The notes under the pieces are model-generated. The model worked only from the letters and a program-made list of their open reading frames with translations, was not told the origin of the DNA and searched no databases. Below are positions 1 through 13,042 of a DNA stretch of 64,000 nucleotides, one piece after another. The translations under genes and the position numbers were made by a program. Within the stretch, counting starts at the first letter, position 1. Each line of letters opens with the position of its first letter. Source of the DNA: Octopus vulgaris (lineage: Eukaryota); the NCBI GenBank assembly GCA_951406725.2, contig OX597820.1, forward strand, positions 13,082,001-13,146,000, given 5' to 3'.

Positions 1-712
1 CTTGTACCAAAATTGGAAAGAATTATTACGTTTATTTCTTATATTGGAGCAAGATGCTAAAATAGTTAAGTTATGACAAACTTATGATTAAATACGCTCC
101 GGCAGTGACCATCCTGTCATTTTTGTATATTAGGATCAAATTGTCTCATTCTTATTTATCGATGATGGTAGTTTGTTGTTTCAAAGAAAATTGATTACTA
201 TTTCTAGCAGGCTGAGCAATTACTTAGGCATTTGCTCGTTGTTTTACAAGCAATTACCACCACAGGTGTAATGAGAGCAAATCCAAAGGGAACTGAAAAA
301 CGATCGCGTATTACATACGATGAAAGCAGGACGGTGACTCTGTAAAATAATCCTAAATCTAATCATAGTAAAGATAATATAATCTTCACAGTATATACAA
401 TTTCTCCTGGGATTATTTATCGCAGGACTTCGTTTATGATACGCTAACGTATTTTTAGATTAGATCTCAACACTTGCATACTAAACTTATTTTCGATATT
501 TACTGTCGGAGCGATTGCAAAAGCAATAAAGGGGATGTTTCAAAGCAAATGGTACAACTGTAATCTACGTTGGTTTATTTTTATAAGATCTTAAACCAAC
601 CGTGAACAAGCCGGGATCAAATGATCTAATACTTGCTCATACGCACGCATGCACACGCATAATACCCATACCTACACACTCTCATAGACATATATTTTAA
701 TACATGAACGCA

Positions 713-717
<5 letters not shown>

Positions 718-786
<69 letters not shown>
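718..786. repeat. (TA)n microsatellite
   Basis: Perfect TA run. Confidence 0.95.
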
Positions 787-789
<3 letters not shown>

Positions 790-1281
790 TCCCGATTAAC
801 TACGACATATCGGCTATTCTGGTATTTTAATGACTAACTAGCGTACGTGCATGCATCTCGTTTCACACGGATTGCTTTCAGTCATCACGCAATTTATATG
901 ATATATAAGTATTTTCTATAATGGGAAAATGTTAAAATTAGATATCAGATAGTGCAAACGTTATAAAACAAAATAGCATAACGTTATAGATTGACCATTA
1001 ATACAGAACTTTTAGAAACAGGGTCTTTGAATAGACAAAAATATGTTGAATAGCCTAAACGAATAATCGGATACTTTAGTATGTCGAAAAGAAATTCACT
1101 GAGGCCTGTTTCTATGTGTTTCTCGACAGAAGAAAAATTAATAAATAGGAAGACACAAGGCTCTTACGTATTTCTGGTAAATATTTTAGCGTCTAACTGT
1201 GACCGAAAGTCAAATAGATTTTGGGGTTATTTGAAGATTTCGTAATCCTTTTATCGAGTCAATTATCGTCTGTCTTTCACT

Positions 1282-1640
1282 TATTTCATTCATTGAACCG
1301 TGGCCATGTCGGAGCAAAGCTATGAAGGGTTTAATCGAACAAATTGACTGCAGTCCTTAAAGTTGTCAAGCCTAGTATTTATTTTATCAGTCACTTTGGC
1401 CGAAACTCTAACATTCGTTAGATAAGTTATAGGACGTACATCCTCACATGCACACGCGCGTGCACACACAGACGTATATGCATGTGTGTGACGAACATTG
1501 TTTCCGCCAATCCAGTTCACTCACAAGGCCTTGGTCGGCCCAGGACTAGAGCAAAAGACGCTTGCTCAAGGCACTGCACTACGGGAACGAACCTGAAGCC
1601 ACACGGCTGAAATGCGAGCTTCTTAACGCCACAACAACAC
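1282..1640 (-). mobile_element. Degenerate tRNA-derived SINE, family A
   Basis: Diverged matches to family A blocks (ttcattcattgaaccgtggccatg; cactcacaaggccttggtcggcc; acgcttgctcaaggcactgcac). Confidence 0.75.
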
Positions 1641-2372
1641 GATACAATTTTGAACTGTTAAGTGAAACATTCTTGCTACAGACATCGTTAGTATCTCCCA
1701 ATTCTGTTGTTTCTTCTTTGTTGGGTGCCAATGTTAGGAATAAGATTTTTGCGAATTCCCCACATATATATCATAAACATATGTTCATATAAAGATTAAA
1801 ATAACACTGACATAATAAACAGAGGTATGCATAGCAGTTTATGTTTCCAGTTTAAGGTAGAATATTATTGAATTCGGTTCGTAATCTTTCAAGTTCTTAA
1901 CTAAGTCCAACTAGAACATTTAAGTCCTGTTGAAGGCAAGAGATTCTCAGAATGTCGACATCACTGTCAGGTCTCTTCTGATCAATCTTCTCTGTATCAG
2001 TTACCGAAAGACTTTAGATTTTCATCAAGTCCAAGAAAGCATAAAAACCGTAGACAATTCTCTTCCTCCTTAACTCCAATGTAATAAGTAATAAGTAAGG
2101 CACATTTAGCTATTTCTCCGTAGACTGAAAGAGTGAAGAATAGCCTTGATTGATTTTCAAACGCTGTTGGTTTCTCACCAGTGGTGTCCACATCAATCGG
2201 ATCAATGCCAAAGAAATAAATAAATAACCATTCTGTTTATATATTCAACAATTACAATAGCGTCAGACTACTGGGGCGCATAACTTGCATACTGTAACTG
2301 TTTAATATTTTATTTAATATCAGAGACCTGTCAACCGGGTCCTCAGTCCAAACAACATAGACACACACGCAT

Positions 2373-2447
2373 TGAGTACTAGGCTTACAAAGAATAAGTC
2401 CTGGTGGCTGCAGTCAAATGACTGAAACAAATAAAAGAATAAAAAGA
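2373..2447 (+). mobile_element. SINE A 3' tail fragment, tail-to-tail with the next copy
   Basis: agtactaggcttacaaagaataagtcctgg...gcagtcaaatgactgaaacaaataaaagaa equals the SINE A 3' end with an internal deletion. Confidence 0.85.
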
Positions 2448-2475
2448 CTATTTTCTTTTTTCTTTTTTTTTTACA

Positions 2476-2869
2476 TTTACTTGTTTCAGTCATTTGACTG
2501 CGGCCATGCTGGAGCACCGCCTTTAATCGAGCAAATCGACCCCGGGACTTATTCTTTTGTAAGCCCAGTACTTATTCTATCGGTCACTTTTGCCGAACCA
2601 CTAAGTAACGGGGACATAAACACACCAGCATCGGTTGTCAAGCAATGCTAGGTGGACAAACACAGACACACAAACACACACACACGCATATATATATACA
2701 TATATACGACGGTCTTCTTTCAGTTTCCGTCTACAAATCTACTCACAAGGCTTTGGTCGGCCCGAGGCTATAGTAGAAGACACTTACCCAAGGTGCCACG
2801 CAGTGGGACTGAACCCGGAATCATGTGGTTGGTAAACAAGCTACTTACCACACAGCCACTCCTGCGCCT
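2476..2869 (-). mobile_element. Full-length tRNA-derived SINE, family A
   Basis: Minus-strand head aggcgcaggagtggctgtgtggtaag (A box) and ggttcagtccc (B box), internal (TA)/(TG) microsatellite, tail ggcggtgctccagcatggccgcagtcaaatgactgaaacaagtaaa. Near-identical to many copies in this window. Confidence 0.93.
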
Positions 2870-3480
2870 ATATATATATAAATTAAATGTCTGTTAAGAC
2901 CGAAAAGATTACGGATCCCCTATAGTTTGTTGTGGTTTCATAATGGCAAGGGAAAGCGCTCGAAACAAATTTGCCCGGGAGAGCGCGCCAGTCTCTATGC
3001 AGCGGGTAATTTCCCACACACTCCGGAGCATATTAGCGAAAGTTGGATAAAGTGTGTGACGTAAAACGAGTAAACGCGTGTGCATGTTTGTCCCTGTATG
3101 TATGCATTTCTCTTGATGTAAGACAGAAAAATCAAACGATTGTGTGTGTGTGTATGTAAATGTGTATGATTGTATGAATCCTGAAGTAATGATTGAAAAT
3201 ATCTTAGCTTTCAATATAATAGCACTTGGACATCAACTCAGTGCTACAATTTTTTTCTGAAGGAAGTGGGTAGTTTGTCAATGTCTGGTTTTCTACGTCG
3301 TTTTTCAACTAATGAATTCCCGCAGCGGATTTTCTCAAAACTTCTATTGTGATAATTTGTAGCACTTAGCATTGCAACATTTTGTCCACAATTCCTGCTA
3401 ACCGTTAGCCCACCCTCTTCGTCGCTTGCTCACTCGCTCACTCTTCTCTATACACTTCGCTTTTATTCTATCTTTATGCC

Positions 3481-3504
3481 TATATATATATAGAGAGAGA
3501 GAGC

Positions 3505-3535
<31 letters not shown>

Positions 3536-3554
3536 GAAAAGTAGATATAGATGC

Positions 3555-3637
<83 letters not shown>

Positions 3638-3666
3638 TATATACACATATATATATACATACGTAC

Positions 3667-3737
<71 letters not shown>

Positions 3738-3762
3738 TACATATATACATATATATATATAT
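3481..3762. repeat. Compound (GA)n/(TA)n/(TACA) microsatellite
   Basis: Directly visible; explains the YIYI ORFs. Confidence 0.95.
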
Positions 3763-4023
3763 TTCACTTACTTTCTTTTATTCATTACTAATGTTTATCA
3801 GCATACATCTTTCAATATTTCCACAACTTATGAAAATGTATATGTCTGTATGTGTGTGTATTTGTGCGTCTGTAGTTATATGTATACATATATATATATA
3901 TATGAATACATACATGTGTGTAAGTATGAATATATCACTTTGTGCGTCCTTTTGACTTCTGTTGTTTTTCCTGTTTTAGTTTTCATTTTTGATTTCACTA
4001 TATATGTGCGTACGTACATATAA

Positions 4024-4062
<39 letters not shown>

Positions 4063-5174
4063 CATACATACACACACATGTATGTATGTATACACAAATA
4101 TACATACATACTTATATATAGAATTGATTAAATATTATTTACAGAACAATACAGAAATACAATACAGTCAGCAAGCAGGAGCAAGAACTCCATTGTCAGA
4201 GGCAGACCCAAAGGGTTTTACTTATTTACCAAAGTTATTGTGCTTTTTTATTCATCTCAAAATGATTACAGGAAGCTGGAGTATTCACAATGGTAGTATA
4301 GATATGAGTAGGTTTTATAGAAACTCTGTAGCCGAGCCGTCCTATCGGCCTTGACATGACTTTACGTATTTTTACATCATATTAGCGACATGTATAATGT
4401 TGTGTGTGAACATTGACCTCGCCCTTTAAGACATTGCGCACGGGAAGTACGCAATTTGATCTCTCAAGATGATCCCGCGTGTTGGTCCTTGCTACGACTG
4501 AAAATTTCTTGTAGCAATTGCACATACATAACATAGAAAAGGCAGCATGTTACATGCTAGTATTTCTCATCTGGAAATAGGAAATAGTTTTAGCTTTCAT
4601 CAAGTACAGTCTTCCATAAAGTTCAGGCGAGAAACTGAGGAATAATGATAAACATCTGAAAGGTTATGTTACTGCTACTCATATAGACATCCTAGAACGA
4701 TTCCATTGAAAGCCGTTCGACTAACTGCTATGGTGATCCGAGTCCACACAGACATACTGTCTCTTTCATCTAAATTTCCTCCACTCCTTTAATGTCCTTC
4801 CCTCATCTCTGGTATTCTCTATTCTCATATATCATGTTTTAGCCATCCACCTCAAATTTCACACGAACCATTTTATGCTCAATATTTTGAAATCGGTGAC
4901 TGGAATACCTTCCCTATAAAGTTTTTTCCTGCAAAGAGCCAATTTCAACTATTCAAATGGAAAATAGCAACATCCTTTTCAGGGGTCTCGCAGCAACCTT
5001 TTCTTCCAAAGCTAGCAAATGAAAATAGGCAAATTTGTGATGCATTTCTGATTTCATTCCACATAAGTAGTTGCTTCTATGATGCTATTTTTCTTTTTCT
5101 TGTACTTAGATTTTTCCATGGCGTATAAGTGACTAATATCACAACATACTCCATGGACGTCAAGCTGATTTTTC

Positions 5175-5385
5175 TCAGGGTTGAAGGCCAGACATTTTGT
5201 GAAGAGGAAGCAAGTCGATAAAACAGACTCGAGTAAATGACTGGTACTTTAATTTATCGACCCTGAAGGGATGAAAGGTAACGGTGTTCTTGGTGAGATT
5301 TAAACTCAGATCATGAAGAGCCGGAAGAAATGGCGTTAAACATTTTGTCCGACGCACTATGAACTCTGGCAGCTCTCCCCCTTCC
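5175..5385 (-). mobile_element. SINE family B (degenerate)
   Basis: ctggtactttaatttatcgaccctgaagggatgaaagg...aactcaga is the reverse complement of the family B core. Confidence 0.8.
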
Positions 5386-5724
5386 TCAATATCTCTTTTA
5401 TACCACACGAAAACTAGCTACAAATCATATTGCTTTCACTTTGTTTTAGTTTTCTATTTTCCAGACGACGTCTGTGTATATTACCATTTCGTAAAAGTTT
5501 GCAGTTATCATCATTTTATATCTCTTTTAACGAAACAAAACTTTTTGGCGCCAACCAATCATCTCTCAGATATTGATTTTTATTATTGCTATGTCTATAT
5601 GTACATAAAATTAATATCTCTTGAGTTCAAAACAGCACCTGACAGACAACCGTATGCATAGGTTTCATGACGGCTAACATGTGGGAGATAATCTGCTCTA
5701 GACAGCTTGCCAGTTTATCTCATA

Positions 5725-6121
5725 CTAGCAGTATCGCCCGGCGTTGCTCGGGTTTGTTTCGACCCTTTCGAATTGGAATTTTTGAAAAAATAAAAATTCT
5801 GCATTATGTAGCTTGTTATTCTCTTTAAGTGAACATTTTTCTGGTTGAAATACACCGAAAAATGGCAACACAGCAGTAAAAAAATCGTAAAAAAATAGGG
5901 ATTTTCATAGAAAAAAAAGCACCTTTTTGATGTAAATAATTTTTGGTGTTAACATGGTCCGATTTGAATTTTTTCTTCTACGGAAGGAAGAGGAAGCCTT
6001 CTTTTATCATACTTTCAATTTTGGTCAACTTGCGCCGCAGGGTCTCGGAGGAGATAGTGTTAGTTGAAGGCTACCAAACCCGCCATACACAGACAACTTC
6101 AGCTTTATATAGAGAGAGAGA
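5725..6121 (-). mobile_element. Non-autonomous Helitron
   Basis: On the minus strand it starts TCtctctctctatataaag and ends with hairpin cccgagcaacgccggg plus a short spacer and CTAG. Inserted between host A and T with no TSD. Confidence 0.88.
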
Positions 6122-6324
6122 TAACATTCTTTAATGACACCACTAGAAGTTTCGTGACTTCAACAAGCCAAGGCAAGTAGAGTAAGCATTCTTTTTGATT
6201 GAAGTCGATTTTTTTACTCATGAACTAATGTCTATCATGTAACACGACTCTTTCAACACGACTCTTTCGAGCATTTATGTGATATTTGAAACAAAGAAAT
6301 ACGTTGTTCATGGTTACTTATATA

Positions 6325-6555
6325 CTCTTTACTCTTTTACTCTTTTACTTGTTTCAGTCATTTGACTGTGGCCATGCTGGAGCACCGCCTTTAGTCGAGC
6401 AAATTCACCCCAGGACTTATTCTTTAGAAGCCTAGTACTTATTCTATCGCTCTCTTTTGCCGAACCACTAAGTTATGGGGACGTAAACACACCAGCATCG
6501 GTTGTCAAGCGATGTTGGGGGGGACAAACACAGACACACAAACATATACACACAC

Positions 6556-6642
<87 letters not shown>

Positions 6643-6830
6643 CACATACATATATATACATATATACGACTGTCTTCTTTCAGTTTCATCTATCAAATCC
6701 TCTCACAACGCTTTGGTCGGCTCGAGGATTATAGCAGAAAACACTTGCCCAAGGCGCCACGCATTGGAACTGAACCCGGAACCATGTGGTTCGGAAGCAA
6801 GCTACTTACCACCCACCCACTCCTACGCCT
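6325..6830 (-). mobile_element. Full-length SINE A with expanded internal (CA)n/(TA)n
   Basis: Head, core and (gtaaaaga)n tail all present. Confidence 0.93.
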
Positions 6831-6956
6831 ATATATTAATTTCTTCAATAAATACTGGCATAGCTGACGTCGGGTTCAGTCTCATTGTGCGGCACCGAAA
6901 GCCTAGAGCCAAGCAAGTGTATTTGGTAGAGATAAATTGCATGCAGAACCATAGGA

Positions 6957-7377
6957 TACATACATACGTGCACACACACATACATACATACATACATACA
7001 TACATACATACATACATACATACATACATACATACATACATACGTACATACGTACGTACATACATACATACATACATCCATCCATACATACATACATACA
7101 TACATACTTACGTACATACATACATACATACATCCATACATACATACATACATACATACATACATACATACATCCATACATACATACATACATACATGCA
7201 TGCATGCATGCATGCATACATACATACATACATACATACATACATACATACATACATACATACATACATACATACATACATGCATGCATGGATACATACA
7301 TACATACAAACATACATACATACATACATACATACATACATACATACATACATACATACATACATACATACATACAA
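6957..7377. repeat. (ACAT)n tetranucleotide array
   Basis: About 420 bp of ACAT with GCAT/CCAT variants; the HTYI/MYVC ORFs are artefacts of it. Confidence 0.95.
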
Positions 7378-7516
7378 ATAACAATACCTTGTTGTTGATG
7401 TTGAAATTCCAATGAAGGAATTTTGGATCTAGGTTAGAAACCGGCTTTTTCCCTATTTGCAAAAAAATCTTGAAATAAAACTGAACAAGGACACACACAC
7501 ACACACACATAAACAG

Positions 7517-7529
<13 letters not shown>

Positions 7530-7558
<29 letters not shown>

Positions 7559-7770
7559 GTGTCTGTATTTGTCGCCCACCCCACGCTGCTTGGCAACTGG
7601 TGTTGGTTTGCTTATTGTTCCAGTAAATTAGCGATCCGGTCTAAAAGACTGTAGAATAAATAACAGACTTAAGCATATGAACTAGAGAAGATATTTTCGA
7701 TTAATACCTTCCAAACTTCAGCATGGCCGCAGTCCAATGAGTGAAGCAAGTAAAAATAAAAACAAGAGAA
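7530..7770 (+). mobile_element. Degenerate SINE A 3' half
   Basis: (TG)n followed by diverged core and tail cagcatggccgcagtccaatgagtgaagcaagtaaaa. Confidence 0.7.
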
Positions 7771-7880
7771 GAATATTCATTGACAGAACTATAACTAACC
7801 GGTTGCTGTAATTTATTCTAATTTAACTCAGACTTGGAAGGAAACATGCCCCAGTATTATTTTGAGATATTGTCTACATA

Positions 7881-8480
7881 AAGGCGGCGAACTGGCAGAA
7901 ACGTTAGCACGCCGGGCGAAATGATTATCGGTATTTCGTCTGTCTTTATGTTCTGAGTTCAAATTCCGCCGAGGTCCACTTTGCCTTTCATCGTTTCGGG
8001 GTCGACAAATTAAGTACCAGTTACGCACTGGGGTCAATATAATCGACTTAATCTGTCTGTCCTTGTTTGTCCCCTCTGTGTTTAGCCCCTTGTGGATAGT
8101 AAAGAAATATATATTTCGTCTGTCTTTACATTCTGAGTTCATATTTCGCCGAGGTCGACTTTGCCTTTCATGTTTTCGGGGTCGATAAATTAAGTACCAG
8201 TTACGCACTGGGGTCGATTAATCTCTTTGTCTGTCCTTGTCTGTCCCCTCTATATTTGGCCCCTTGTGGGCAATAAAGAAAAAGAAATATTAGCACGCCG
8301 GGCGAAATGCCTGTCGGTATTTTGTCCGTCTTTACGTTCTGAGTTCAAATTCCGCCGAGGTCGACTTTGCTTTTCATCCTTTCGGAGTCGATAAATTAAG
8401 TACCAGTTGGGTACAGGGGTCGATTTAATCGACTGGCAGCCTCCCCCACAATTTCGGACCTTGCGCCTAGATTAGAAAAG
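7881..8480 (+). mobile_element. SINE family B trimer
   Basis: Head aaggcggcgaactggcagaaacgttagcac, then three copies of core gttctgagttcaaattccgccgaggtcgactttgcctttcatc...gtcgataaattaagtaccagtt. Confidence 0.92.
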
Positions 8481-8685
8481 GATACATTGTCCAAATAGTA
8501 TTAAATTAACTAATGTAGATTCTCTTTATTGTGCACAAGTGTGAGGTGCTTTGATTTCTATTTCTATTGACTTGAGTGGACACATGGAGGTGGTCTCATG
8601 CCGTGGAATCAGTGGTATATTTCCTATTACCGGTACAATGTGTATCTAAGACATCCATTCATAAGTGAGATATTCAACAACTCGG

Positions 8686-8900
8686 GGGTGGCGAGCTGAC
8701 TGAATCATTAGCAGACCGAGCGAAATGATTAGCGCTATTTTATGCGTCATTACGTCCTGAGTTCGTATTCCGCTGAAATCGATTTTGTCTTTCATCCTCT
8801 CGCGATCGATAAAATAAAAACTAGTTGAGAACTGGATCGATGTAATCGATTTACAATCCTCCCCCGGAATTGATGGCCTTCTGATAAAAGTTTGAAACTA
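8686..8900 (+). mobile_element. SINE B monomer (diverged)
   Basis: ggtggcgagctgactgaatcattagca head and recognisable core. Confidence 0.8.
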
Positions 8901-9174
8901 TTTCTACCTTCAGTACACAAATGACATGGTTGTTTACAGTTAATTGTTCTTAGACACAGATTTTTATTAGATTATATTTCTAAGTGCAAGACCGGACTTG
9001 AAGAATATAGCTTACACTTAAATTAGTCCAACTTGGCTTTTTGGCTCTTGAGGAACTTGTATAAGACTAAGGTTTCACTGGTGTCTCTAGAATCAAATCA
9101 GTTACGTGACTCACTAAACCTGACTCCATTATAGGACTCCGTTTTAATTGTTTAATCTATCTTTTAATTACCGT

Positions 9175-9383
9175 CTCTTTTACTCTTTTATTCTTTTATT
9201 TGTTTCAGTCATTTGACTGTGGCCATGCTGGAGCACCACCTTTAGTCGAGCAAATCGACCCCTTTGTAAGCCTAGTACTTACTCTACCGGTCACTTTTCC
9301 CGAACCGCTAAGTTACGGTGACGTAAACACACCAGCATCGGTTGTAAAGCAATGTTGGGGGACAAACACAAACACACAAACTC

Positions 9384-9432
<49 letters not shown>

Positions 9433-9600
9433 TATATATATACATATATACGACGGGCTTCTTTCATTTTCAGTCAACCAAATCAACTCACAAGGCTTTG
9501 GTCGGCCCGAAGCTATAGTAGAAGACACTTGCCCAAGGTGCCACGCAGTGGGACTGAACCCAGAAATATGTGCTACTTACCACACAGCCACTCCTGCGCC
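9175..9600 (-). mobile_element. SINE A, near full length
   Basis: Family A head, core and tail with small deletions. Confidence 0.92.
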
Positions 9601-10149
9601 AATTGAATTTTATCTAAATTGTATTTTTCAAAATGAAATATCTCATTGTTCATTTCAATGTTTGATATATCAGTGATTTTGAAGTGTTGTCTGTGGTTTC
9701 ACAAACAAAACATTAATATCATGCTATATTCACAATAGTGGTTGGCCTTTCTCATTGTTGATCGACGATATTACCGAAACATTGGCGTAGCGCCCTCTGC
9801 AATGACTAAGCTGTTTTCAGAAGTAAGTCTCTTACCCCGAGTACGCTTACCACCTCTCCATACACGGGTATACCACGAAGGAAACACAAGTCAATAAGTT
9901 CGCATTATCCACGGAGACACAGAAGATCTTCAGTAAGTATAACTGTACATATGTACCTTAGGGTTCCATTCATCGGATTTTCGGTAACTCCATTAGACGT
10001 TTTCGAACGCTAAGTGATTCCAAAAGGCAACCTGAGGTTGTTATTATAATGGATATCATTAATGCAAAAACAAGTCCCGCTCTCTCGTCTTCTAGGCTTG
10101 GACTGATACAACAAGAGCTATGAGACCTGATTCACAATAATATTTATAA

Positions 10150-10885
10150 TACTGCCGCCAATGTTGACTTTACGTTTCATCTTCTCAGGGTAGATGACAT
10201 AAGTACCAGTTTTCCTCCCTCTAAAAAAGGTTGGCCCTGTGCCAAAATTTGAAACCAGTATTATAAATACTGGTTTCTAATTTTGGCACCAGGCCAGCGC
10301 TTTCAGGAAAGGGGATAAATCGATAACATGGACCTCAGTACTCAACTGGTACTTATTTTATCGCTCCCAGAAGGATGAAAGGTAAAATGTGGACTTCGGC
10401 TGGATTTGAAATCAGAACGTAAAGACGTACGAAATGCCGCATTTTACCTCGACAGAGTAACGATTCTTATTTCTTTATTGCCCACAAGGGGATAAACACA
10501 GAGGGGACAAACAAGGACAGAAAAACGGATTAAGTCGATTATATCGACCCTAGTGCGTAACTGGTACTTATTTAATCGACCCCGAAAAGATGAAAGGCAA
10601 AGTCGACCTCGGCGGAATTTGAACTCAGAACGTAGCGGCAGACGAAATACTTATTTCTTTACTACCCACAAGGGGCTAAACATAGAGAGGACAAACAAGG
10701 AACAGACAAACGGAATTAAGTCAATTACATCGACTCCAGTGCGTAACTGGTACTTAATTTATCGACCCCGAAAAGATGAAAGGCAAAGTCGACCTCGGCG
10801 GAATTCGAACTCAGAACGTAACGGCAGACGAAATACGGCTACGCATTTCGCCTGCCGTGCTAACGATTCTGCCAGTTCACCTCCT
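10150..10885 (-). mobile_element. SINE B cluster: plus-strand 3' fragment (10150-10260) tail-to-tail with a minus-strand multimer (10270-10885)
   Basis: Repeated core cgaccccgaaaagatgaaaggcaaagtcgacctcggcggaatttgaactcagaac; palindromic junction aaaccagtattataaatactggtttc. Confidence 0.88.
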
Positions 10886-10943
10886 CAATAGTATAAATAA
10901 TATCGCTAGCTTAAAATTTATAAAATAATTTTATAAACCTTTA

Positions 10944-11188
10944 TATGAAGCTGGATCTCTTCCTATGAAGCTGGATCTCTTCCTGTCAGGTGTCCCAGAT
11001 GAACCAACTTCACGGCAGGAGGGGCAGATGAGGGCAACTGCATCGAACTCTCTCATGCACCAAATAGCAGCTGCTAGAAAGCCTTCATGAAGTGAAACCA
11101 AGTAGCAACACCAAATGGCGGTGCCCCAGCATGGCCACAGCTCATAAGCTGAAACTGGAAAAATCAAAATCAAATCAAAAATCAAAAC
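10944..11188 (+). mobile_element. 5'-truncated CR1-type LINE 3' end
   Basis: Translates MKLDLFLSGVPDEPTSRQEGQMRATASNSLMHQIAAARKPS*, the CR1 ORF2 C-terminal LDxFLxxVPDEP motif. Followed by 3' UTR and an (aaatc)n tail; 20-bp tandem duplication at the 5' junction. Confidence 0.82.
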
Positions 11189-11772
11189 CATGACTAGTGA
11201 TAAGGTCATGGTGACAAAATATTTATACAGAATAATTTAATCTAACCAGTCTTCTTGCTGTTATAATTATAATTAGAAAAGACAGCGACATTAAACTCAT
11301 TCTGATGCCATTATGAAACAAAAGAAAATCTTTCGATAAAAAAGTCCTTGACACATGTTTCAGGCTTTCTTGGAGATATTTATTTATCAGATGTCACTTA
11401 TACGACTGCTAATAAATTGCAGAGACATCCGAATAATTTTCTTTATGTTATCTTCCTTGATGCTCTTCTTCATATTGTTGTTGATCTTTTGCTGTGGTTT
11501 TTTTTTTCCCTTCTCCTCCTCCTCCTCCTCCTCCTTCTTACCGCTGATGTTATTGTTGCAGCAGATGCAGCAGCTTTTCAGGTATTTTTTTTTATTGTAA
11601 TTGTTTTACGGTTTGTATTTTTGAAAAAAAATTGTAAAAAAAGGAAGAGGAAACGATTCGTATTCATTGCGGTTAGCGAAGAACCATGTTCTCATTTGTT
11701 TCTGTCTTTTATTAGTTGGTTTTGTTGCGTTTCTGAATTGAATTGAGTGCTGCTACTGTTGCTTCTGCTCAT

Positions 11773-11778
11773 AATGAC

Positions 11779-11864
<86 letters not shown>

Positions 11865-11903
11865 CGACGGTGGTGGTGGTGGTGGTGGTGGTGGTGGTGG
11901 TGG

Positions 11904-11942
<39 letters not shown>

Positions 11943-11990
11943 CGACGACGACGGTGGTGGTGGTGGTGGTGGTGGTGGTGGTTGTGGTGG

Positions 11991-12029
<39 letters not shown>

Positions 12030-12152
12030 CGACGACGACGACGGTGGTGGTGGTGGTGGTTGTGGTGGTGATGATGATGATGATGATGATGATGATGACG
12101 ACAACGACGACGGTGGTGGTCGTGGTGGTGGTGGTGGTGGTGGTTGTGGTGG

Positions 12153-12191
<39 letters not shown>

Positions 12192-12320
12192 CGACGACGA
12201 CGACGGTGGTGGTGGTGGTGGTTGTGGTGGTGATGATGATGATGATGATGATGATGATGACGACAACGACGACGGTGGTGGTGGTGGTGGTGGTGGTGGT
12301 GGTGGTGGTTGTGGTGGTGG

Positions 12321-12362
<42 letters not shown>

Positions 12363-12398
12363 CGGTGCTGGCGGTGGTGGTGATGATGATGACGATGA
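11773..12398. repeat. Compound (GAT)n-(GAC)n-(GGT)n array with higher-order repeat
   Basis: Alternating blocks; the rare variant acaacg recurs at 12101 and 12263. Confidence 0.95.
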
Positions 12399-12520
12399 GA
12401 TGGAGAGACAACGGAATATGTTGACGACAGAGCTGATATTTCTCTCAGAATTTATTTGTTATAGTTGTTGTCGTTGTTATTGTTGTCATTGAAGGTTACA
12501 ATAATTATAATGATGTTGGC

Positions 12521-12553
<33 letters not shown>

Positions 12554-13042
12554 AAGGATGTTGATAGTGTCATATGGTTTCTTACAGTGCATTTCTTGAG
12601 TTCCCCCTTATATTCTTTTTTCTTGTGTAGTAAGTGGATTTAGTTTTATCATAATATCCCTAAAGATATATATATATATATATATGCATATGTGTGTGTG
12701 TACATGTATATCCGTTTCTTCGCACGAGAGAGATTTTACTTTTAATAAAGATGGAATTCCGTCGTCACTGGAAATGCCGCCTCGGGCTCCTAGTATTAAC
12801 TACGCAGAACAGTGTCAAACAAGTAGCAATTGTTATAATAGGAGGAGACGATATGGAAAATTGAAGTGCATCGAAAATAGCAACTTGACTTGCGACATCT
12901 GTTGCTTTAACAAAATAAGAAATGCACGAAAAGTTGACGTAAATAATGAGATGTGCTTCGAACAGGGAAGCAGACCACCATAAATGAGATAGTCATTAAT
13001 ATAGCATAAAATGGCGGTGTTTAAAATGAAAGCTAACAACAT

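Noticed and set aside
1880-2200. Minus-strand coding-like stretch with an acceptor at about 2125
   Set aside because: Weak donor, stops and frameshifts, no recognisable motif; may be a decayed element.
9780-10130. Possible minus-strand RTE LINE end (GKRTRG motif)
   Set aside because: A single short motif is too weak to call.
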